NCBI GenBank assembly: GCA_042576225.1
Contig: JBHPCA010000002.1
Span: 529-64,528 of the forward strand
Length of the DNA: 64,000 nucleotides
Direction: 5' to 3'
Source: Candidatus Babelota bacterium
GTDB taxonomy: Bacteria; Babelota; Babeliae; Babelales; Vermiphilaceae
Both the position numbers and the translations under genes were made by a program. The first letter of the stretch is position 1. Every line of letters begins with the position of its first letter. Positions 18,396 to 26,748 of the stretch are shown in pieces. The notes beneath the pieces were generated by a model that had not been told where the DNA came from, searched no databases, and saw nothing but the letters and a program-made list of their open reading frames with translations.

Positions 18396-20171
18396 GTGCA
18401 AAAAAACAAAAACACCGAAAAAATAATTTTTAACTATGCAATCCCAGCCTTGACCATAGCCTCAATTATATTTTTAGGCTCTGCGATAAAAGATAGGTTT
18501 TCAAAAAGCATTGATCAACAAAAAACTGCCCTCTTGCAAACTAGCCAAACTGGGGACAATCTAGAAACCTTAGTCAATCTAGATTATCTTCAAAAGAAAA
18601 TAGAAATTGCAAGCGAGCTCACAAAAAATGGAGCAACCAAAAAAGCGATAGAGTATTATAAAACACTTTTACAATATGAGCGCACTTTTTCGATAATTCA
18701 TTTTAATATCGGCAAACTTTACTCAAATATAAAAAACTTCAAAAAAGCAGAGTACCATTTTAAAAAATCGATCGAACAAAGCCCCAAAAACTCAAATTCT
18801 CATACATTCTTAGGTGTAGCATTACGAAATATGGAACAATATGACGAATCAATAAAACATCTCAAAATAGCTATAAAACTTACTCCAAATTATTTTGACG
18901 CTAATCTACAACTAGGAAAAACGTATCTAGATATGGGAAAAACAATAAAAGCAATAAAATACAGTTATAAAGCAGCAAAACTATCACCAAAGAGCATATA
19001 CCCACATTTAAATATCGCTTATTCATATAACAAACAGGGAAACCTTGAGAAAGCCGTCGAAATTTATCGACAAGTCATTAAAATTGATCCTCAATGCGCC
19101 AATGCACATTACAATCTTGGCTACTCCCTAAAGATTTTAGGAAAACTAAAAGAGGCCGTTACCTTCTTGGACAAAGCAATTTCACTAAAACCCGATTATT
19201 TAGACGCTCACATTGCAAGATCACAATCTAAGATTGCATTACAAAACTTCGATGAGGGTTGGGATGAATATGAATGGCGCTGGGGATTATTCGGCATGGA
19301 TCCACATAAATACAAAGCTGGTATGTGGGACGGCTCCAACATCAAGGGCAAGACTATATTGCTAAGAACAGAACAGGGACTTGGTGACACTATGCAATTC
19401 GTACGTTTGGCAAAACAGGTAAAAGCAATGGGTGCGAAAAAAGTTATCTGTAAAGTACAAAAACCTCTAGTAAAACTGCTTTCAAACTGCGACTTTATTG
19501 ACAAAGTAATACATGATCTTGACGATGCAGGAAAGTATGATCATTATGCCCACCTTATGAGCTTACCAAGAATTTTAAAAATGCAACCTGACACCATCCC
19601 TGCAGAAATCCCATACTTCAAAGCTGATCCAAAATTGGAAAAAGAGTGGCGTGAAAAACTCCAAAAAGATAAAAACTTTAAAATTGGTATCTGCTGGCAT
19701 GTTGACCCAGTTCATGAGGAAACAAAATCGCCCTGGTCACTCCGGTCGGTCAACTTAAAACAGCTCAAGCCTTTTGCAAAACTAAAAAATGTTACCTTCT
19801 ACAGCTTACAAAAACTTCAGGATCAACAACAACTTGCACTCGTTCCTGAGGGGATGAACTTCCAACATTTCGGCCCTGATTTTGACAAGAAAAATGGTAG
19901 CTTCATGGACAGCTCAGCAATTATAAAAAGCTTAGATCTTGTTGTCACAGTTGATACCTGCGTTGCTCACCTTGCCGGCGCTTTGGGCAAAGAAGTATGG
20001 ATGCTACTTCCATATTCACCAGATTGTCGCTGGTACCTCAACACTGATAAAACTCCTTGGTATCCAACCATGACACTCTTTAGACAGGATAAACCACAAA
20101 GTTGGGATAGTGTAATAAATAAAATCGCAACATCACTTGAAAAAGAGATTAAAAAACATAAAACAACGTAA
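18396..20171 (+). CDS. TPR-repeat / GT9-like glycosyltransferase paralog 4
   Basis: GTG start and N-terminal anchor IIFNYAIPALTIASIIFLGSAI, with TPR units. Motifs: GLGDTMQFVRLAK, FKIGICWHV, YSLQK, FGPDFD..GSFMDSSAIIKSLDLVVTVDTCVAHLAGALG, CRWY, TPWYPTMTLFRQ. Confidence 0.75.
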   Translation: MQKNKNTEKIIFNYAIPALTIASIIFLGSAIKDRFSKSIDQQKTALLQTSQTGDNLETLVNLDYLQKKIEIASELTKNGATKKAIEYYKTLLQYERTFSIIHFNIGKLYSNIKNFKKAEYHFKKSIEQSPKNSNSHTFLGVALRNMEQYDESIKHLKIAIKLTPNYFDANLQLGKTYLDMGKTIKAIKYSYKAAKLSPKSIYPHLNIAYSYNKQGNLEKAVEIYRQVIKIDPQCANAHYNLGYSLKILGKLKEAVTFLDKAISLKPDYLDAHIARSQSKIALQNFDEGWDEYEWRWGLFGMDPHKYKAGMWDGSNIKGKTILLRTEQGLGDTMQFVRLAKQVKAMGAKKVICKVQKPLVKLLSNCDFIDKVIHDLDDAGKYDHYAHLMSLPRILKMQPDTIPAEIPYFKADPKLEKEWREKLQKDKNFKIGICWHVDPVHEETKSPWSLRSVNLKQLKPFAKLKNVTFYSLQKLQDQQQLALVPEGMNFQHFGPDFDKKNGSFMDSSAIIKSLDLVVTVDTCVAHLAGALGKEVWMLLPYSPDCRWYLNTDKTPWYPTMTLFRQDKPQSWDSVINKIATSLEKEIKKHKTT

Positions 20172-20206
20172 TAACACAAAACAAAAACTCGTGCGAAAAA
20201 TAGATT

Positions 20207-20239
20207 AAAAAAAGGCCCCGGAAATCCGGGGCCTTTTTT
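20207..20239. terminator. bidirectional intrinsic terminator between the convergent glycosyltransferase and beta-helix blocks
   Basis: Perfect 8-bp GC stem ggccccgg (20214-20221) / ccggggcc (20226-20233) with loop aaat. Flanked by an A-run (20207-20213) and a T-run (20234-20239). Confidence 0.8.
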
Positions 20240-20254
20240 AAGTCTATTGCTAGC

Positions 20255-21922
20255 TCATACATTTGCAACTTTGTTTTTCTCAACAACGCATTTGTTCACC
20301 GTCGTAGCCAATTTTACAATTTCCACTCGTCCAGTATCTTTCTTCTCAACCTTCGTAATCCCTGCAACAGCAACAAATTTACCACAATTTGACCATTCAT
20401 TAAAAATAGCAACATTCAGTCCATCTTTAAATTCAAAATTCGTCAAAGGCGTCAAGAATGGACTCAATAATGAATTGAACGCGTAGAGTTTATTAGAGCC
20501 AGCACTTGATGTTAACAATGTCTTGCCATCTGGTGACCAGCTTACAGCAGTTAAATTAGCATCATTGCCTGCAAAAATTTCAGTCAACGTATCTGCCGAG
20601 GCCAGATACTCATAAACCCTTGGAAGATCATTAGTGCCGGTAGCTACAATACAATATTTTTCACGGGATGCTATTGGATTCCATTTTGCCTTTGCAATGC
20701 CTGCTCCTCCTATGCTTACGCTCGCCAGACCCGTCAATGGTATAGTTTTGGCAACATGCATCATCGATGTACTTTTATCACCATACACAACAAACTTATC
20801 ATCTGGTGCTACATCAAGCATTATTAGGTCATTTGTATCACCCAATAATTTACGCTCTGCCAAAACAAGCTTTATTCCATTGAAAGACAATCTCACAAGT
20901 TTCGCCGACTCAGGGCCCCCAGCAACATTCAAATATGAGTAATTATAAGCATAATTACTCCCCCCATCACTATTACCGGTAATAACAAAATTTTTACCTT
21001 CAGTTGTCGCAAAAAGTTGCTTTCCATCATGCGACCAAGCTAACCGGAGAATCCGATCTGGTGCGCTTGTTGTACCTGCAGACGTCGGATGATTGCCAAA
21101 ATAAATTGCTTCCCCAGAAGATAGAGTAGACGCAACTTCATAAGTACGATTGCCAGGAAGAGGTGTGCCATCAAGGAACTCAGCAACTTTGGTTCCTTTA
21201 TTATCCGCCGCCCTAATCGTAGAAACTGGATTATATGCACTTACCATCTTTACACCTGTACGTACACCAGAAACCAATTTCAATGATCCACGATCAAACT
21301 TGTATACCAAAACTTCTTTATCTTTATCTGCGGTACTAACAAAGGTTATAAATTCTGAAGAAACAAGTTCATAACTTCCATCTTCTTTCCTTTTACCCTT
21401 ATAAACTTCAACCGGACCTAAATTATTTGTCCCAACGGCCAAGTACTGGCCGTCTGGTGACCATGCAACGGCATTAACCGCTCTATTGAACGAAACAGTT
21501 TGAACCTCGTAAAGTTTGGCGCCGTCAAATCTTAATATTCGCAATTTATAATCTTCTTTACCAATTGTTGAAATAGCTAAATAACTGCAATTTGGAGACC
21601 AATCAAAATCTGTTAACAATTTACCGGGTTCTGCTTGATACGCCGTTATAAACTTGGTTTTCGAAAGCTTCATGTCAAGACCAACACCCTTGCGGCAATT
21701 TGATACTCTCAAATCTTTTAAGATAACTCTTTTTGTTCCTGATTTCGACGCATCATTTTTTATAATCACATCTTCCACATTTTCGTCTATGACAACAAGT
21801 GGATCTGAGCCACTACTACCAGATGACATTATCGTTTGCCCATTCAGGTTGGAAGAAATAAAAAAATAAAAAAATATTACAAAAAATGTAAGCTTCTTAT
21901 TACACAAAAAACTTTGCTTCAT
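20255..21922 (-). CDS. truncated paralog of the beta-helix/beta-propeller family (propeller retained, helix core and C-tail missing)
   Basis: 555 aa with a signal-like N-terminus and repeated W-S-P-D/N-G/C blade motifs. Collinear with residues about 95-130 and 300-765 of the 851-aa neighbour. Stops right after VVEKNKVANV, where the paralogs continue. Could be a decaying copy. Confidence 0.6.
   Translation of the reverse strand: MKQSFLCNKKLTFFVIFFYFFISSNLNGQTIMSSGSSGSDPLVVIDENVEDVIIKNDASKSGTKRVILKDLRVSNCRKGVGLDMKLSKTKFITAYQAEPGKLLTDFDWSPNCSYLAISTIGKEDYKLRILRFDGAKLYEVQTVSFNRAVNAVAWSPDGQYLAVGTNNLGPVEVYKGKRKEDGSYELVSSEFITFVSTADKDKEVLVYKFDRGSLKLVSGVRTGVKMVSAYNPVSTIRAADNKGTKVAEFLDGTPLPGNRTYEVASTLSSGEAIYFGNHPTSAGTTSAPDRILRLAWSHDGKQLFATTEGKNFVITGNSDGGSNYAYNYSYLNVAGGPESAKLVRLSFNGIKLVLAERKLLGDTNDLIMLDVAPDDKFVVYGDKSTSMMHVAKTIPLTGLASVSIGGAGIAKAKWNPIASREKYCIVATGTNDLPRVYEYLASADTLTEIFAGNDANLTAVSWSPDGKTLLTSSAGSNKLYAFNSLLSPFLTPLTNFEFKDGLNVAIFNEWSNCGKFVAVAGITKVEKKDTGRVEIVKLATTVNKCVVEKNKVANV
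20260..21675. repeat. segmental duplication, copy 1 (pairs with 22224-23640)
   Basis: Constant offset of 1964 nt. In the 120 nt compared by eye (20521-20640 vs 22485-22604) there are 10 mismatches. Boundaries are approximate. Confidence 0.7.
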
Positions 21923-21990
21923 AATTCATCCCTTTTTTGTTTTTAATTAGACAGCTCTACTCACAGTTTACTATTCACCATGCAATCCCA

Positions 21991-24546
21991 CTACTGCACG
22001 CACCCACATTCGCAAATTGCAGGAATGCAACTGCATGGACAACCAGCGCAGCCTTCATTTGCATACAAATTATCAAGAAGGCCAGGAAAACCCATCAAAT
22101 TATATCGATGTCTTGCGTACACACCTTCACTGTATGGCACACCGCTACAACAAACCATGTTGGCATCTATCAAGTTACAACACCCACCGCCAAAGATGCC
22201 AATGCCGCAAAAACCACCGCACACATTTGCGATCTTGTTTTTCTCAACAACACACTTGTTAACCGTTGTAGCCAATTGAACAATTTCCACTTGCCCTGTA
22301 TCTTCCGCCTCAACCGTCGCAAGCCCCGCAATAGCAACAAATTTACCACAACTTGACCAACCGTTAAAAGTCGCAACATTCAGTCCATCTTGAAATTCAA
22401 AATTCGTCAAAGGCGTCAAAACTGGACTCAATGATGGATTGAACGCATAAAGCTTATTAGAACCAGCCCTTGATGTTAACAATGTCTTGCCATCAGGAGA
22501 CCAGTTTACAGCAGTCAAATTAGCATCATTGCCTGCAAAAATTTCAGTCAACGTATCTTCTGAAGCCTGGTACTCATAAACCCTTGGAAGATCATCAGTG
22601 CCGGTAGCTACAATACAATATTTTTCACAGCATGCAATTGGATTCCACTTTGCCTTTGCAATGCCTGCTCCTCCTATGCTTACGCTCGCAAGACCCGTCA
22701 ATGGTATCGTTTTAGCAATATGAATCATCGAGGTACTTTTATCACCATACATAACGAATTTATCATCTGGTGCTACATCAAGTATTATTAAATCATTCGT
22801 ATCACCCAATAATTTACGCTCTGCCAAAACAAGTTTTGTTCCATCAAAAGACAATCTCACAAGTTTTGCCGACTCATCAATAGCTGGATCAACATCCAAA
22901 TATGAGTAATCATAAGCATAATTACCCCCGCCATCAGTATTGGTAATAAGTAAATCTTTACCTTCAGTTGTCGCAAAAAGTTGCCTTCCATCATGCGACC
23001 AGGCTACCCGAAGAATCCTATCTGGTGCGTTTGTTGTACCTGCAGGTGTCGGATGGTTACCAAAATAAGTTATTTCCCCAGAAGATGGAATAGGCACAAC
23101 TACAGGAGTAAGATTACCAGGAAGAGGTGTGCCATCAAAGGACTCCAAAAGCGCAGTACCAGCATTGTCTGCTACTCTAATCGTAGAAACCGAATCATAT
23201 GCACTTACCATCTGCACACCTGTACGTGCACCAGAAACTAATTCCAATGATCCACAATCAAACTTATATACTAAAATTTCCTTATCTTTATCTGCAGTAC
23301 TAACAAAGGTTATAAATTCTAAAGAAGCAGGCCCATAACTTCCATCATCTTGTCTCTCGCTTATATACACTTCAACTGGGCCTAAATTATTTGTCCCAAC
23401 AGCCAAGTACTGGCCATCTGGGGACCATGCAACTGCATTAACCGCTCTATTGAACGAAATAGTTTGAACCTCGTAAAGTTTTACGCCGTCAAATCTTAAT
23501 ATTCGCAATTTATAGTCGTCTGTGTCAATTGTTGCAATAGCTAAATGCTTGCAATTTGGGGACCAATCTAAATCTGTTAATTTTTTACCCGGTTCTGCTT
23601 GATATGCTGTTATAAACTTGGTTTGTGAAAGCTTCATATCCAGATAAATACCATATGCATTACCCCAGCTTGCAGTCTTGATAGAATCTATGCAGCAGTT
23701 TATAATTTTTGATTCCGTTTCTGGCGTATCATCTTTGTAACCAAACCTAAAACCGGCTGCTTTTGTGCAAAAATCACTATTTACACATTTTGCAATATCT
23801 TCTACAAAACATTCATAAAACAAATTATCTAGACCCCCAAGAGAGATAAATCCATACGCACTGCCTACTTGATTAGTATTACTTACCCCTAATACTTTAC
23901 ACTGCTCAAATTTATTATATTTACAACTATCTAAATCAAAGCCAGTATATTCACAACAACATACAACTGTATCTTTGAAAATACATTTTTCTGCATAATC
24001 CAAATCAACTGCAATGCTACAAGTTTTTATGTGGCAATTTTGGACCCTACAGCAGACAACCTCACTTCCTGACTCACCTGCAAAATCAATACCTTTGTAG
24101 CAATCTGATATTCTCAAATTTTTTAAAATAACTCTTTTTGCTCCTGCTTTCAACTGTATACCAGTATCAATACAGTTCCCAACAATTGCACCATTTTTTA
24201 TAATCACATCTTCTACGTTTTCATCTATTACAACCAATGGATCTGAACTGCTACTGGATGCCGTTATCGTATGCCCATTCAGATCAATTATCACTTTATT
24301 TGCAGTAACCAAAAGCGTTGCACTTGTGATATTCTCATAGAGCCCATACGAACCATCTTTGTCTATCACATTGTTGGCAGTGTCTTTGATAATATTGTGC
24401 ACAGGATCCATAGAGTGTAACATAGCCAACAAACGACTACCATTTGTAAGATCCATACATGCCGCAGAAAAAACCCTGGAAGAAAAAGATGAAAAAAGTA
24501 GCAAGGCAAACACCATTACCCTACTATAGGGAAACTTGTACTTCAT
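21991..24546 (-). CDS. secreted Cys-rich parallel beta-helix protein with embedded beta-propeller (paralog 2, Cys-rich tail)
   Basis: 851 aa starting with the MKYKFP signal peptide. PbH1-like turns with a Cys ladder (VVCCRVQNCHIKTCSIAVDLDYAEKCIFKDTVVCCCEYTGFDLDSCKYNKFEQCKV). Blades DWSPNCKHLAIAT, VAWSPDGQYLAVGT, VAWSHDGRQLFATT, VNWSPDGKTLLTS. Returns to helix turns at NKIANVCGGFCGIGIF. Tail ends CAGCPCSCIPAICECGCVQ. Confidence 0.7.
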   Translation of the reverse strand: MKYKFPYSRVMVFALLLFSSFSSRVFSAACMDLTNGSRLLAMLHSMDPVHNIIKDTANNVIDKDGSYGLYENITSATLLVTANKVIIDLNGHTITASSSSSDPLVVIDENVEDVIIKNGAIVGNCIDTGIQLKAGAKRVILKNLRISDCYKGIDFAGESGSEVVCCRVQNCHIKTCSIAVDLDYAEKCIFKDTVVCCCEYTGFDLDSCKYNKFEQCKVLGVSNTNQVGSAYGFISLGGLDNLFYECFVEDIAKCVNSDFCTKAAGFRFGYKDDTPETESKIINCCIDSIKTASWGNAYGIYLDMKLSQTKFITAYQAEPGKKLTDLDWSPNCKHLAIATIDTDDYKLRILRFDGVKLYEVQTISFNRAVNAVAWSPDGQYLAVGTNNLGPVEVYISERQDDGSYGPASLEFITFVSTADKDKEILVYKFDCGSLELVSGARTGVQMVSAYDSVSTIRVADNAGTALLESFDGTPLPGNLTPVVVPIPSSGEITYFGNHPTPAGTTNAPDRILRVAWSHDGRQLFATTEGKDLLITNTDGGGNYAYDYSYLDVDPAIDESAKLVRLSFDGTKLVLAERKLLGDTNDLIILDVAPDDKFVMYGDKSTSMIHIAKTIPLTGLASVSIGGAGIAKAKWNPIACCEKYCIVATGTDDLPRVYEYQASEDTLTEIFAGNDANLTAVNWSPDGKTLLTSRAGSNKLYAFNPSLSPVLTPLTNFEFQDGLNVATFNGWSSCGKFVAIAGLATVEAEDTGQVEIVQLATTVNKCVVEKNKIANVCGGFCGIGIFGGGCCNLIDANMVCCSGVPYSEGVYARHRYNLMGFPGLLDNLYANEGCAGCPCSCIPAICECGCVQ
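22224..23640. repeat. segmental duplication, copy 2 (pairs with 20260-21675)
   Basis: See copy 1. Covers the propeller-coding part of the 851-aa gene. Confidence 0.7.
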
Positions 24547-24592
24547 TAGGTCTCCTTTTAATTTAAGTTATTAATATTTAAATAATTATCAA

Positions 24593-26701
24593 TTAATATG
24601 GGGGTATTGAAACGTTATAATGTAATTGATCAATGCCTACAAGACCACAATACCAAACATTGAGCACTTTTTGTGAGAAACTCAAGTCACATTCGTAACA
24701 GATATTTTTCAATATCGAGTTACAATCACTAGAGCCAAATATTCCAATACCGCCTAGACCACCAGTAACATTTGCAACTTTATTGTTATACACAACACAC
24801 TTAGTAGGAGCAATACCAACTTCAATAATATTGAAGTTAGGAATAATTGATCCATCATCGCCACCAAATACCAAGAAATTACCTGACGGAGACCAATCAA
24901 GACCGCCTTGGCTAACCTGTATACCAAGTGATTTTGAGTACACAAGAGAAATTACCGGACTTACGGATGGATCAAACTTGTATACACCAACAGTTCCATT
25001 AGTTGCAAATACTGCAAAATAGTTACCATTAGGCGCCCATTTTATTCTCAATACAGTATCATCAAAAAGCGCTGCGCCTCCAAATACCAAATCTATCCCA
25101 TCAAATGAATAAACATTTATATTTGCAGTTGCCCCAGTTCCAACAGCAACAAGATAATATTTGCCATTACATGCAATTGGACACCACTGCACATCATTTA
25201 TCCCTGTCAAACCGGTTGATGTGTCTGATGCAACTTGTACAGTTGAAAATGGTATATGCGTTTTCCAATCTCTTACAAACAAGTCTCCAGTTGCGTATGA
25301 TCCAAAGGCTATAAATTTCTCATCTGGAGTAATATCTGGATTTGTTAAATCAGTTAACCCCGTGTCAATTCCTGCACCTGAATTTGCAACATTTGTCAAA
25401 GTACCATCAACCTTGTAAACATCAATAAAAGCTCCGCCCCTGATATACACAACATATTTTCCGCTTCTAAACCAGACAGGATCGGAAACATCTACATCTG
25501 GGTTATCACCCATTATCAGCCCATAAAGCGTATCATACACAACAACTTCATCGTCTTGCCCTGAAAGCGCCCCTATAGCCAAATACCTTCCAGTAGGATC
25601 CCACTCAATATGTCGCTTGTCGTTAGAGGTGGTAGTTAAACTACTAACCTCATGCCATGTCTTACAATTAAAGTCTAATATTTTTACAGGTCCAGCACTT
25701 ATTCCCTCTGAAGCCTCACCTGAGAAAACAATCGCTATCTTATCCCCAAGGGGCGACCATGAAATATCTGCTATAGAATCTTCAAAATTACTTAATATTG
25801 CCGGGCACCCTGATGCAGGGTCTGCAATAAGTGTGCTTTTGAATACCGACTCCAGAATTATACCATACGCATTACCCAACTCTGCGCCGGTTAAAGAATC
25901 TACCAGGCAATTTATAATCTTTGACTCTGTTTCACCTGCATCCTCCCCTGTTGAGGCAAATCTAAATCCTATAGCATCTTTCCCAAATTCACTTGCTGAT
26001 TTGTAAATTCCCTCTGCCATACACTCAAAGAAAAGATTATCTTGACCACTTATGGCAGAAAAACCTACGGCCTGCTTATCTGCAAAAGAACTTCCAGTTC
26101 TAATAGCTTTACACTTTTTTATTTTGTTGTACTTGGATTTTGTAAAAACAAAGCCACCTTCTGTACAACAACAACTTTCACAATTTTCAAACACACAATT
26201 CATTGCAAAATCAATTGAAAAACCAAAAGAAGAATCTGCTACAAAACAATTTGTAACTTTACAACATCGAACATATTTATCAATTGCACCAGAAAAAGCT
26301 ATACCAGTAGAACAGTTTGCTACATTGAGATCTTGAATAACAATATTCTGCGCGCTGTCATCAATTAATACACCAGTATTAACCTGGTCGCTACCAAAAA
26401 TTGATCCATTCTGTATAACAATATTTTTTTGACCTTCACCTACATTAAACACAGAAGTCTTTGCAGCATTCCCTGATACAGTAAAACCTTTAAGGTTTAT
26501 CAAGACATTATCTGCATTAACCGTTATGTCCCCTGTTATATTTTCTATAACATGATATGAACCTGGTTCTGTGATTATCGTTGTCCCGTTTTTAATTATT
26601 TGATGCGCAGGACCAACACCAAATAGGTTTATCTGGCTTATCTGAGAAAATATCGTAGAACAAAAAGATAAAAGAAGAAGTATAGGTATTTTGTACTTCA
26701 T
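24593..26701 (-). CDS. secreted Cys-rich parallel beta-helix protein with embedded beta-propeller (paralog 3, SIPPY C-terminus)
   Basis: 702 aa starting with the MKYKIP signal peptide. Helix turns (VRCCKVTNCFVADSSFGFSIDFAMNCVFENCESCCCTEGGFVFTKSKYNKIKKCKA) and the family motif ETESKIINCLVDS. Blades ISWSPLGDKIAIV, IEWDPTGRYLAIG, IKWAPNGNYFAVF, LDWSPSGNFLVFG. Ends NKVANVTGGLGGIGIF...VSIPPY. Confidence 0.7.
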   Translation of the reverse strand: MKYKIPILLLLSFCSTIFSQISQINLFGVGPAHQIIKNGTTIITEPGSYHVIENITGDITVNADNVLINLKGFTVSGNAAKTSVFNVGEGQKNIVIQNGSIFGSDQVNTGVLIDDSAQNIVIQDLNVANCSTGIAFSGAIDKYVRCCKVTNCFVADSSFGFSIDFAMNCVFENCESCCCTEGGFVFTKSKYNKIKKCKAIRTGSSFADKQAVGFSAISGQDNLFFECMAEGIYKSASEFGKDAIGFRFASTGEDAGETESKIINCLVDSLTGAELGNAYGIILESVFKSTLIADPASGCPAILSNFEDSIADISWSPLGDKIAIVFSGEASEGISAGPVKILDFNCKTWHEVSSLTTTSNDKRHIEWDPTGRYLAIGALSGQDDEVVVYDTLYGLIMGDNPDVDVSDPVWFRSGKYVVYIRGGAFIDVYKVDGTLTNVANSGAGIDTGLTDLTNPDITPDEKFIAFGSYATGDLFVRDWKTHIPFSTVQVASDTSTGLTGINDVQWCPIACNGKYYLVAVGTGATANINVYSFDGIDLVFGGAALFDDTVLRIKWAPNGNYFAVFATNGTVGVYKFDPSVSPVISLVYSKSLGIQVSQGGLDWSPSGNFLVFGGDDGSIIPNFNIIEVGIAPTKCVVYNNKVANVTGGLGGIGIFGSSDCNSILKNICYECDLSFSQKVLNVWYCGLVGIDQLHYNVSIPPY

Positions 26702-26748
26702 TAGGTCTCCTTTTAATTAAAAGTTAGTGTTACACTATAAACTACACC

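Noticed and set aside
21937-22356. Plus-strand ORFs 21937..22356, 21980..22279 and 22017..22262 opposite the 3' end of the 851-aa gene.
   Set aside because: They are antisense to the Cys-rich tail and the NKIANV region. The homologous antisense ORF at 20247..20486 shows these frames stay open because of the duplication, not because they code.
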